Under the pieces are notes generated by a model. It was not told the DNA's origin and ran no database searches. It was given only the letters and a program-made list of their open reading frames with translations. A stretch of 64,000 nt of DNA from Camelus dromedarius (taxonomy: Eukaryota): assembly GCF_036321535.1 (NCBI RefSeq), contig NC_087436.1, forward strand, positions 94,366,001 through 94,430,000. Reading direction: 5' to 3'. Below, piece by piece: positions 1-12,364 of this stretch (position 1 is its first letter; every line of letters begins with the position of its first letter). Both the position numbers and the translations under genes were made by a program.

Positions 1-1701
1 GCCTCTCATGTGATAGAGAGGAACACTCTGATGATAAACAAAGAGGCCTAGGGGCTCCCTTGGACTTGAAGCACCCAATTCCAACTTCCCCACAGATGCA
101 CTGGGTAAAATTGGCAGTGGGGAATGAGCTGATTGACTTTCTGATAGATACAGGTGCAGCATATTATGTGGTAAGCACCAAGGTGGCACAGAAAATGCCT
201 CAATCTGTCCCACACATAGGAATCTCTAAGGCAAAGAACCATTTGTTCTTACAACCTCTAGAATGCCAGTGAGGGAACCTCACCCTGAAATATCGTTTAT
301 GGGAGAGATGCCACCTTACAATGGATTTAGAAGTATGTAATAGGGCCTAGCCTACAAAAGACCATCCAGCAACTCAGAATTGCATGATTTGTGCTAAAAA
401 TAACCCAAGACTGTTGTCAGACCTCCCCAGATGGGGACTCAACACAGAGGACCCTGCCTCATTGAAGACTGTCAAATAGACTTTACTCAAAAAACTCGTG
501 CTGCAGGAAATTTCAGATACCTGCTAGTGTTTGTGGATACTTTTTTAGGACAGGTAAAAGTATATCCCACACTGACAGAAAAGGCTTCCAAAGTGGTTAA
601 AGCCCTCCTTAAGGAAATTATCCCCTGATTTGGATTGCCTAACACCCTTCAAAGTGATAACAGGCCTGCTTTTGTCTCAAGCAAGTGTCTAAAGCATTGC
701 AAATTAGTCAGAAACTACATTCATTCTGGAGACCACAGTCAACAGGAAAAACCGAGAAAATGAATTATACATTAAAAAGGAACATTGCTAAAATATGTTA
801 AGAGACTAATTTAACTTGGGCTAAGGCCTTGCCAGTTACCCTGCTCCAGAGTGGCTCCCAGAAGCAGGCTTAAATTAAGCCTCTTTGAAATATTGTATGG
901 CAGGCCATTCCAGGTTCATCCCCAGGCAGGAGAATCTATAAATGCCCTAAAAGACCTAGCAGTTGCCAGTTATGTTAAAACTTTGGGCACTGTACTAACC
1001 TCTGTTCATAAGTTTGCCTCCAACATGTCTGCCTATCCAACTGAAGTAGCCTTACATCCTTCCCTATCAGGTGGAGGCTGAGTCCTCAGATGAGAACAAG
1101 GGCCTGACCATCAGCTGACTGCAAGGTGGACAGGACCACACACGTGGTATTACTTACCACACACTTGCCTGTCAAGTTAGCTGGGGTAAAGCCATGGATT
1201 CATCACACATGGATTAAAGCAGCACCACCATCATCAGAAAACAACCCAACTCCTGAGAGACCTGGGGAGTGATGGGCTTGTGAACCCTTGGAAGATTTCA
1301 GGTTGCTCTTCTTAAAAGATAAGAATTGAGATTATTCAGGTATAATTTCATTGTACCTGAAAAAGGTCAACCTATTTGTTTAATCTTGTCCAAGTAAAGA
1401 GCATAAGAACCTGGTGTAACTATGGCACAGTCACAAAGGTAAAATTAATAGATATGTATTGGGAACTGGAACCAAAATCCCCAAGTTCAACTAAGTACTA
1501 AGGGTTTTCAAGTACTTGCAGATAAAGGAGGAAAGAGGACTGTACTACTGACTAAAGATTCTAAGGAATGTTCCCTGTCCAAGGCTGATCAATTTCATTC
1601 CATGATCACCCCCTCATCACCCAGGTTCAACAGAAAGTAGCCAGAATGTTCATTGCCCCATTCCCAACAAGATTGTGACATGGACATTGACAGTGAGTAA
1701 T
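1..1701 (+). mobile_element. ERV1 (gamma-like) provirus internal remnant: protease, degraded integrase and short env/3' remnant; RT and RNase H missing
   Basis: Protease motif IDFLIDTGA (ORF 60-272). Integrase CMICAKNNP zinc-finger half at ~378-405, QIDFT...YLLVFVDTF...EKASKVVKALLKEIIP (431-628), SDN, WRPQSTGKTEKMN (~727-765), FEILYGRP (851-1081), CEPLEDFRLLF (~1280-1311). Multiple stops and frameshifts. Confidence 0.9.
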
Positions 1702-2218
1702 TATAAAAGGGAAGAACAAATCTGACTCCATGTTAGATCAGTTCCTTTGGCTCAAACCCTGTGCTTTGTTTCCTGTGGTTATGCTGGTTATGTACCTTTT
1801 GTAAAGAATGTTGCCTGTTAGCCTAAAATATACAAGATAGCCCATTCTCAAGGCTCTGACCTTTAAGGATATAACACTTTCCCATTCATATAAAGACAAA
1901 AAGTTACAGAATAGAAAATAATATTTGTCTTGTTGGAGGTTTACAGGGACACCATGACTTGACCTATGTGGACAGCTGCAAGAACAAAGGATTCTGACAC
2001 CAAGAAGTCTGCAACAACCGACTATAGTCCCTCCCTTTTTTAGTGTAAAAGAAGCCTAAATTCTGACTTGGGGAAGATGGTTCTCCAAGACATTAGTCTG
2101 CTAATCTTCTCAGTCTACTGGCTTTCTGAATAAAGTTGTTATTCCTTGCCCCGACACCTTGTCTCCTGATTTTTTGGCCTGTTGTGCTATGAGCATTACG
2201 AGTTTGGGCTTGGTAACA
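1702..2218 (+). mobile_element. 3' LTR of the ERV1 remnant (possibly MER34-like)
   Basis: Follows a degenerate purine tract (gacagtgagtaat). AATAAA at 2129-2134. Ends ...ggcttggtaaCA at 2218. Family name from recalled consensus only. Confidence 0.7.
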
Positions 2219-2929
2219 CAACCACATTTCTGGGTCTTTGTGAGGAATTTTTACAAGAAGCCATATTCCAATCCAGAACCATATTGTGGTAGCTCCAGCT
2301 TTATGTAACTGTAAGATTTTATATACTTTGTCAGTAAGGAAACTTTACATCCTGTAACCATGCTTGTTGACATCTTTCTGTCAGTTACGTTACTCTTCCA
2401 TTTGTGACAATCACACACTTTCCAATATATTTACTTCCAATGATGTTAAGCCATAGGCTAACCTAGTTATTCATTTTCACTTATCTATTCTTTACAAACC
2501 CAGCTTATATTCCCTTTCTCCTGTAAAGTTTTCCCAGATGCCCCAAACATAAAGAACTGCTTCTTCCTCTATGTCCAGAGTAATTTGTATATACCTCTCT
2601 TACTCAGTTGTAACGATGACTATTTTTTTATGTGTATCTTCACTAGAATTGTGAGCTCTTTTCCACTAGACAAGGAGATACATCCCCAGTGACTAAAATA
2701 CGTTCTCTGTACATTGACATGTGGTACACCCCTTTCGGAGTATCTCCTAGCTCACAATTTCCCCTTTAGCTATACTTAACCCCCACTCTATACGGTGGAA
2801 TCCAGGGTATTAAAAAAATGACTCCACTTCCCTGGCCGCAGTTAATTAACCAAGCTTGGGGGTTCTAATCCAATTAGCCCCTTCCTGGGAAATTTTAGAA
2901 TTGGGACAAAGACAAAAAAATACCATAAG

Positions 2930-4050
2930 GACAACATGAAGCACACTAATATTCCCATTATAGGGGTCCCAGAAAGAGAAGAGAGAGAAAAAACCTGAGA
3001 AATTTTTTGAAGAGATAATAAATGAAAACTTCCCCAACTTGGGAAAGGAAACAGTCACCCAAGTCCAGGAAGCACAGAGAGTTCCACACAGGATCAACCC
3101 AAGGAGGAACATACCAAGGCACATAGTCATCAAATTGACAAAAATTAAGGATAAGGGGACAATATTAAAATCAGCAAGAGAAAAGCAACAAATATTCTTT
3201 GAAAATTCTCAGATATATGCCTAAGAGTGGAATTGCAGGGCCATACAGCGGTTCTATTTGTAGGTGTTTGAGAAACCTCTATATTATTTTCCATAGTGGC
3301 TGCACCGATTTCCATTCACACCAACAGTGTACAGGGGTCCCCTTTTCCCCACATCCTTGCCAACATTTGTTATTTGTGTCCTTTTTGATGATGGCCATTC
3401 TGACAGGTGTGAGATGATATCTCCTTGTGATTTTGATTTGCACTTCCCTGATATTGGTGATGTTGAGCAACTTTTCATGTTCCTGTTGACAATCTGCATT
3501 TCCTCTTTTGGAAAAATATCTGTTCAGTTCTTCTGCCCATATTTTAAATGTGTTATTTGTTTGCTTGCTTTTTAATTGAAGTAGTTAATTTAAAATGTTT
3601 TAGTAGTTTCTGGTGTACAGTATGGATGGGCTTAGAGGACATTATCCTAAGTGAAATAAGTTATACAAAGAAAAACAAATATGTTAAGATATCACTTACA
3701 TGTGGAATCTTAAAAAATACAACAAACTAGTGAATATAACAGAAAAGAAACAGACTTACAGGTGTAGAGAAGCAACTAGTGGTTACCAGTGGGGAGGGGA
3801 AGAGGGAGGGGCAAGACGGAGGTACAGGATTAAGAGGTACAAACTATAAGGTATAAAATAAGCTACAAGGATGTATTGTACAGCATGGGGAATATACCCA
3901 ATATTTTATAATAACTATAAACGAATTTAACTTTTAAAAATAGTGAATCATTATATTGTATACCTATAACATATATTATACATCAACTATACTTCAATTT
4001 TTTAAAATATGATATTGTAAAATAAATACATAAATAAATTAAAAATTAAA
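2930..4050. mobile_element. Rearranged L1 composite: ORF1 piece (+, 2930-3195), ORF2 end (-, 3196-3570), short 3'-tail piece (-, ~3572-3620), 3'UTR with A-rich tail (+, 3621-4050)
   Basis: ORF1 peptide QEAQRVPHRINPRRNIPRHIVIKL. ORF2 C-terminal peptide [14 protein letters not shown]...CWQGCGEKG on minus. Canonical L1 3'UTR ending catcaactatacttcaat plus A-rich tail. Confidence 0.9.
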
Positions 4051-4077
4051 ATAAAAAATACTATTAGGAAAATCAAA

Positions 4078-4550
4078 AGATACAATGGAATACTACTCAG
4101 CCTTAAAAAAGAATAAATTAATGCCATTTGGAGCAACATGGATAGATCTGGAGATTGTCATTTCTAAGTGAAGTAAGCCAGAAAGAGAAAGAAAAATACT
4201 ATATGATACCACTCATATGTAGAATCTAAAAAAAGAAAAAAGAAGACTAATGAACTTATCTACAAAACAGAAACAGACTTATAGACATAGTAAACAAACT
4301 TACAGTTAATGGGGGGAAAGGGGGTGAGAAGAATTAAATTGGGAGTTTGAGATTTGCAAATAATAACTACTATATATAAAATAGATAAAGAACAAGTTTC
4401 TTCTGTTTAGTACAGGGAACTATATCCAATATCTTGTAGTAACCTATAATGAAAAAGAATATTAGAATGAATATAGGTATGACTGAAACATTATGCTGTA
4501 CACCAGAAAATGACACATTGTAAACTGACTATACATCAATTTAAAAAAAA
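4078..4550 (+). mobile_element. 5'-truncated L1 3'UTR
   Basis: Begins tacaatggaatactactcagcc and ends ctgactatacatcaatttaaaaaaaa, the typical L1 3' end. Confidence 0.85.
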
Positions 4551-5185
4551 TTCAGAAGACAAATGATAAATAAGAAAAAATTGGAATTCATATCAGAGAC
4601 AAAGGTCTGGTTCCCCTAATATACAAACACCTAGAAATCAATAAGAAAAAGACTAACAACCCAATAGAAAAAAAATGGGCAAAGCATAAAAAAATACTGC
4701 TCACAGAAAAAGAAATACAAATTACTCTTAAAATTGTATATGCCCATATGTTTTTAATATACACATCCTGGTGTTTTATTGCAGCATTATTTATAATGGC
4801 AAAAAATTGGGGAAAACCTAAATGTTTATCAACAAGGAACTGATTAAATATAGTATGTTACTTCAAAATTTGGAATCCTGTAATATATAAAAAAATGATA
4901 TCATCACAAGGAAAAAACTCTGAGTGCTGGATACTGTACGATCTCCAGAATAAATTGCTCAGTGGGAAAATGTATGTATGGCATACTGCCATTAGTGTAA
5001 AAAAAAAATGGGAAGAGGATAGATAGATAGATAGATTTTATCACATATACATAAAATTTCTCTGGGAGAAGATGGAACAAATTGGTACCATTGGTTGCAC
5101 TTGAGAAAGGGAACTGAGTAGCCAGTGGGAAAGAGCCTTGGAGAGACTTTTCACAGTACCTTCTCTGAACAAAAAGAATTTATTT

Positions 5186-5275
5186 GGGGGACGGTAATGG
5201 TAAAACACGTGCTTAGCATGCATAAGATCCTGGGTTCCTTCCCCAGTACCTCCTTTAAAAATAATAATACAATTT
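5186..5275 (+). mobile_element. tRNA-Ala-derived SINE (degraded)
   Basis: gtgcttagcatgcataagatcctgggttcc...cccagtacctcc followed by an A/T-rich tail; same family as the other five copies. Confidence 0.8.
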
Positions 5276-5308
5276 TTTAAATTTTTTTAAAAGAATCTGT
5301 TATTTAAG

Positions 5309-5971
5309 TATGGAGATTTCTCACAAGACTAGGAATAGACTTACCGTATGACCCCAGAATCCCGCTCCTGGGCTTATATTCAGAAGGAACCCTACTTCAG
5401 GATGACACCTACACCCCAAAGTTTATAGAAGCACTATTTACAATAGCCAAGACATGGAAACAGCCTAAATGTCCATCAACGGATGACTAGATAAAGAAGT
5501 TGTGGTATATTTATACCATGGAATACTATTCAGCCGTAAAAACCAACAACATAATGCCATTTGCAGCAACATGGATGCTCCTGGAGAATGTCATTATAAA
5601 TGAAGTAAGACAGAAAGAGAAAGAAAAATACCATATGAGATCGCTTATATGTGGAATCTAAAAAACAAAAACAAAAAAACAAAGCATAAATACAAAACAG
5701 AAATAGACTCATAGACATAGAATACAAACTTGTGGTTGCCAAGGGGGTGGAGGGTGGGAAGGGATAGACGGGATTTCAAAATTGTAGAATAGATAAACAA
5801 GATTATACTGTATAGCACAGGGAAATATACACAAGATCTTATGTTAGCTCACAGAGAAAAAATGTGACAATGAATATATATATGTTCATGTATAACTGAA
5901 AAATTTGCTCTACACTGGAATTTGACACAACATTGTAAAATGATTATAAATCAATAAAAAATGTTAAAAAA
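5309..5971 (+). mobile_element. Young 5'-truncated L1 (ORF2 end plus 3'UTR) with perfect TSD
   Basis: L1 3' sequence with retained CpGs. TSD aagaatctgttatttaag at 5291-5308 and 5972-5989. Confidence 0.92.
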
Positions 5972-6274
5972 AAGAATCTGTTATTTAAGGAAAAAAACCT
6001 GTTTAAATAAGAATAAAATATTTAGAATTTTAGAAAGATTCATTTTCTTTGTGCAACTGAGCCTGTATAGGGTTAACTGAGGAACTGGAAGCAACTATAT
6101 TCTGCATGAAGTTTGAGGATCAAAGGAAGCTGTCCTAGAGAGAAGATAAGTAGAGAAGAAAGATTGGAGAGATGGAGAGAAAGTATTGTCTGAGCTCTCA
6201 ACAATTTGGTTTTAGTCTTTCCTTGGCCCAGCTGCATTCCTCCCCTTGGTTTCTTTAAAACAGTCTTATATTCT

Positions 6275-8202
6275 TTTTTTTCTTCCAGTTTTATTGAGAT
6301 ATAATTGACATATAGCACTGTATAAGTTTAACGTGACTTGACTTGCATCATGAAATAATTACCACAAGTTTAACGAACAGTCATCATCCCATATAGATAC
6401 AAAAATAAAAGAAAAAGGAAAAAATGGTTTTCCTTGTGATGAGAAGTCTAAAGATTTGCTCTCTTAACAACTTTCATAGGTAACATACAGCAGTGTTAAT
6501 TATATTAATCATGTTCTACATTACATCCTTAGTATTTCTTTTACAACTGAAAGTTTATAACTTTTGACTATCTTCATCCAAGTCTTCCTCCCCACACCCA
6601 CTGAATCTGGTAACCACAAATCTGATCTCTTTTTCTATGAATTTGTTTGTTGAAGTATAATTGACCTGTAACATTGTTAATTCCTGGTGCATAACATAGT
6701 GATTCGATACTTCTATACATTACAAAATGATCACCACAAGCAGTCTAGCTACCATTTGTCACCATACAAAGATATTACATTATTATTGACTATATTTCCC
6801 ACCCTGTACATTTTATCCCTGTGACTTGTTTATTTTGTACCTGAAAGTTTGTACTTCTTAGTCTCCCTCACCTGTTTCACTCATCTCCCATCCTCTTCCC
6901 CTCAAGCAACCACCGAGTTGTCCTCTGTGTCTATGACTCTGTTTCTGTTTTGTTGTGTTTGTTCATTTGTTTTGTTTTTTAGATTCTATATATAACTGAA
7001 GTCAGATGGTATTTGTCTTTTTCTGTCTAACTTACTGAACTTAGCATAATACCCTCTAGGTCCATCCATGTTGTAGAAAATGACAAGGTTTCATTCTTCT
7101 CTATGGTTGAGTAACATTCCATTGTATATATACACCACGTCTTGCTTATCTATTCGAATATCTGTCAATGGCACTTAGGTTGCTTCCATATCTTGGCTAT
7201 TGTGAATAATGCTGAAATGAACATAGGGGTCCATATATCTTTTTGAATTAGTCCATTTTTCTTTGAAAAAAATATCCAGAAGTGGAATTGCTGGATCATA
7301 TAGTAGTTTTATTTTTAATATTTTGAGGAATCTCCATCCTGTTTTCCATAGTGGCTGCACCAATTTACGTTCCCACCAATAGTGTATGAAGTTTCCCTTT
7401 TCTTCACATTCTTGCCAACACTTGTTATTTGTTGTCTTTTTGATAATAGCCATTTGACAGGAGTGAGGTGGTATCTCATTGTAGTTTTGAATTGCATTTC
7501 CCTGATGATTAGTGATGTTAAACATCTTTTCATATGCCTGTTGGCCATCTGCATGTCCTCTTTGGAGAAATGTCTATTCAGGTCCTCTGCCCATTTTTAA
7601 TTTGGTTCTTTGGTTTCTTTGATGTTGAATTGTGTGAGTTCTTTTTATATTTTGGATATTAACCTGTTATCAGGTATGTTATTTGCAAATATCTTCTCCC
7701 ATTAGGTAGGTGGCCTTTTCATTTTGTTGATAGTTGCCTTCACTGTGCAAAAGTTTTTTTAGTTTGAGGTAGTCCCATTTGTTTATTTTTGCTTTGGTTT
7801 CCCTTGCCTGAGGAGACAAATCCAAAAAATATTGCTAAGACTGATGTCAAAGAGCATACTGCCTATGTTTTCTTCTGGCAGTTTTATGGTTTCAGGTCTT
7901 AACGTTTGTCTTTAATAGATTTTGAGTTTATTTGGTATATGGTATGAGAAAGTAGTCCAGTTTGATTCGTTTGAATGTAGCTGTCCAGTTTTCCCAACAC
8001 CATTCACTGAAGAGGCTGTCTTTTCTCCACTGTATATTCTTGCCTCCTTTGAGCAGACTGACCATCTAAATGTGGGCTTGTTTCTGGGCTCTCTATTCTG
8101 TTACATTGCTCTGTGTGTCTGTTTTTATGCCAGTATACAGTTTTCATTACTGTAGCTTTGTTGTACTGTTTTAAATCAGGGAGTCTGGTACCTCCAGCTT
8201 TG
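6275..8202 (-). mobile_element. L1 3' portion (ORF2 C-terminus plus 3'UTR), inserted into an old MaLR-like LTR
   Basis: Minus ORFs 7175-7554 give [20 protein letters not shown]...[14 protein letters not shown]...YDPAIPLL. T-tract at ~6275. MLT-like sequence flanks both sides (~6050-6270 and 8203-8295). Confidence 0.9.
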
Positions 8203-9344
8203 TAAAAACATTCCTATCTGCTTATAATAAATCCCTCCTTTTTGGGCCTAAGCTAACTTGAGTTGTTTTCTGATTGTGGTATCCAAAAGAGTGTAATTAT
8301 TATAGTAGGTTTTATATGAATGCTTGTTAAAATGAAATGTGAAGTTCTTTATAATAAAATCCATTTGGGTTCTCAAAATGTGTACTTTTTTTTTTTTTAA
8401 TCTCTCAAGTTGAGAGAGGATAAGTGAGCAAGTTCAAGGGCATTTTGAAAGACATTCACCCTAAGTTAAGGTGGTGTTTGCTGATGGAAGATATAAGCTA
8501 GGCCTGGGGCCAAGTAGCACTTCCCACCTGCTAGACTTTCCTCTCATTCCCTGCCTGAGAACTGAGATTTCTCAACTAGTATTTGGTGGTGGCCTGCCTA
8601 AAAGACAAATTCTTGAATTTTGCTAATTAGGATGGAGTTTGAGGATTATGGGACCTTTTTTATTAGTTTGGTTTGGGATGGTTTGTAGTTTGATAAGAAA
8701 GGCATTAGGGATCAGGATGAAGAGACCTTGGGTGATAATTATTTGAGCATATTCAAATATGAGTTTCCAAGAAAGCAGGGTCCATTACTTTGTTCATGTT
8801 TTCAAATCTATAAATAGAACTATGATTTTACCATTTATTTCATATCATTCTTCCTCATATTGAAAAGATAGGAAATGTTAGGGAAATTCTTAGAAGGCCC
8901 AGAATAGCATTTGTAGAGCAACTCCTGGAGTTAAGCAGCCTGCAAATGAGTTTAAATGTAGTTTATGAGCATGGTATCAAAGAGCACATTCCAGGGCTTG
9001 CAGCACAGAAGCTTCGTATGTGTTTATATACCTTTTATATTAGGTGAATTTAAACAAGATGATGAAATTATGTCCAATGTAAAATGTCAGAATAATTACA
9101 TATAAATACTAACATGTAGAAGAGCACAGTTTGTTTCTGTCATTGAAATCCCATTGAAAAATTAAGTACCGTTATTTAAGTACAAGGAGCTATTCTTCTT
9201 CATGCAATCAATATCTCTTGAGAACTTATTAAGGATATTGTAAAAGTGTAAGATGGTTCCTGTCCTTAAGGAGTTTTGTTGTAATTTTTCCGAGATAAGA
9301 TATGTAGATACAAAGCATCATCATTGTTCTTTTCATTAAGAGGA

Positions 9345-9590
9345 GTAGGATGGTAACATGGAAAATAATACGGGCTTTTAAACTTGGGTCCCATTTTTAA
9401 TTCTGCCATGTCGTTAATGTATGATCTCTGCAAAGGTAATCAAATGCTCCCTGCCTCGGTTTCCCCAATTGTAAAGTGAGGATAAGGATGCTAACCTTAG
9501 AGGACCACTGTCAGGATTAAATGAGGCAATATGGATGAAAATAGCTAAGTAAATGCTTGATATACATCAGTTACTTGATAAATATTAGTT
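9345..9590 (+). mobile_element. MIR SINE
   Basis: MIR core-like gcctcggtttccccaattgtaaagtgaggataa...aggattaaatgagg. Confidence 0.7.
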
Positions 9591-10499
9591 TATTCTCTAA
9601 GTGAACTGAAAGCATTATATATTTTTTCCAACTCATTTTGATTCCTTCATAAATAATAATGCTTTAGTTCTATCACCAGTGATTGAAGTTAACTAAAAAC
9701 TTCAATCATTCTGAGAATCAAAACTGCTTTAAAACTAAAACACAGAGATATCCAGAGTTTTAGTCAAGTAAACTACATAAGGAAAACAAAATTAGAATAT
9801 TTTCCAAAAAAATTTCCTAGAAATTTTCCTAGAAAATTATTGTCATTCTAGCTTGCTCTGTAAATGTAATATTACCTAAAAATAAGTGATCTTTTAATAT
9901 GTAAAACAGTCCTAAAATATGTAAAACAGTTCCAGATTTTCCTTCAGGTCCCAAGTAGATGTATGTGAGTGTTTCAAAATATGTCCTGCATTGGGTATTT
10001 GTACATGGTAAGGCATAGGAATTTCTCACTGTTTGCTTTGATGGACTGCTAAAAAAAACCTGTTCCAAACCAGGATGATTTGTAGGATGATGTCAGTGTG
10101 TTTCCTCATTTTTCTTTTGGCTAATTCCAAAATATAGAAGGATTTGATCTGCATGGAACCCAGAAAAGGGAAGTTGAATAATAGTAATTTGTCAGAGATT
10201 GACCAGCCTTGATCAGGGCAGCCCTGCTCAGTACACAAATTTTCCAATCTCCTTCAGTTCAATTCAGTAAATATATATTCCTGTGACTTATTCTGGGGTC
10301 TTGAGACAGCCTAGTAAATAACATTGCTCTTCTCTGTCTAAACTGAGAATAAAGGGCAAGTGTAAGATAAATGATGGATCAAATATCACCACTAACTGAT
10401 AAGGACCAACTGAAGTATGTGGCACGTGAGAACCAAACTGATCTGTCACCTGAAACCCTCACCCTGTTCCACAGGCAGCACAGAGTCACACTGGGTCTT

Positions 10500-10773
10500 G
10501 CGTGGAGGCATAGGCACTTCTGCTTTTATGGTTCCCTTCCTTCCTAAAACATATTTAAAGTTATATTTTATGACTTCACTGATATAAATAAAAATATATT
10601 AGTACTATATATTAAAACATTATTAAAAATATATTAGTACTATATATTTTCTTTGGCCTGCATGGTTTTTTTTTTTTTCTTCTCATTTTAAATTAAGACA
10701 TTTTCAGGGCCTCTGAAAAGTATCCTGTCCCCTAGACACTGTACCCACTGTGCCTAATGGAGAAATTAGCCCT
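10500..10773. mobile_element. MER91-like hAT (Tip100) non-autonomous DNA transposon
   Basis: Terminus ...ccctagacactgtacccactgtgcctaatggagaaattagccctg resembles the recalled MER91 end. Confidence 0.5.
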
Positions 10774-12364
10774 GGGCTATAGACTGGACCAAGTATGTCT
10801 TAAATCCTGGAACAAGTGTGTACTCTCTGAGCAGCTTTACTCTCATGAGAGAAGAGAGGAAATGAGGCAACCATGCCTGGATCATTCTTTCTGAATCTAC
10901 CAGTCAGATATCACTTTCTCTTCTCTGGGATGGGTAAAGGGATATGGAGAAGCTTAGAGTTATACCATTCTGGCTCAATCCACATAAAAGAAAGTATCAG
11001 TAGAGAAAAAGTAACCCTCTCTTAGCAAGCCTGTCCTTACTACTGGAATGGTTGCATTCAGTTATCATAATTTGATAATCCTGGCCTTTAAGATTACCCA
11101 TCTAACTCTTCTTGCTCCAGATTCCTGTTTACCAGAAAATTTCCTGATTATAGCTATATGGCTTCCCAAATTTTCCTACCAAGAAAGAGTGCACCATGCA
11201 GACAATAAGACATACAACATGCTCTCTGGTTACATTTATCATTTTAAATTAGCAAATTAGCATCCTGGTTTACGTATTATTCTCATAAGAAATTGGCTGG
11301 CATGAGAATTCATGAATTTGTTTAACTCATTCATTTAACTGACTCGACCATGTTACTGAGCCAGAGAAGTCAAGGTTCAAAATATGAATCATTGATGGCT
11401 TAATCTAAGTAGGGTACTACATCCCTAGAAGACCCCACCTCAGTATTCAGCAAGTTTTTCTTAGCTGCAGTTTAATTTTCCCATTCTTTAACCACAACAT
11501 ATCCCTCTGTGTTCACACTGCTTTTAATAATAGTGTATCTTTAAGTTAGATGGGGGAAGGGGCAGGGAGGGAAGAAACACTCTGGCAAAATTTTTCCACA
11601 ATTGTTGTTTTCTTCCAGGTCTATCCATGTTAGGGGATTAAGAATACATGACTTCTACCCATGGCTCATAATTAGGGAAAAAGGAATTATGTTAGTTCTG
11701 TATAAAACAGATCCTATTCTTTACAACAAATCATCCAATGGAAATTTTCATTTGGTCTTAACCGCCTCCATGGCAGATAAGATGTCATCCTGGATCAAGA
11801 TAAGGAAGAACTGGTGACACAACAAAGTTTATAAATATGTCAATAGTCATATTCTTTCATTAAACATGTATTGAGAGCCAGTGATGTGCCGATCAGTATG
11901 TGCCTAACATAATTGGAAGCTGCAAAGCATTATCTAGCTGTGTGCCCAGGAAGAAAAGGAAACAGATTTTGGTGAATATATATTAGTTTCCAACTCAATG
12001 ACTGGAAAGATTATCCCTATTTCCACAGGAAATGGAGGCACAGAAAGAGTAAGTAACTTTCCTAAAGTCATATCTGAAAATCATGATATAATCACTATGC
12101 ATGACTGAAACCCAAGCCTGTTCAGCTCATTAGACTTTTATTGAGTCCTTACTCTATGGCAGGACCTGAGAAGGGCATTAAGGGTGCAGCTGTGGTCTTC
12201 CCTTGAAGAACTCCATCCCCTTCCTGTCAACAGACCCATGAACCTGCCTGCATTGCCACTCGTGCTTTCTGCCAGCCCTCTTGGTTCCATGGGAGCAGCA
12301 CAGCCCCACTTCTTTTTAACTAAGCCTACTTTTTCTCCCTGTGCTCTGGATCCCACCCTCACCT

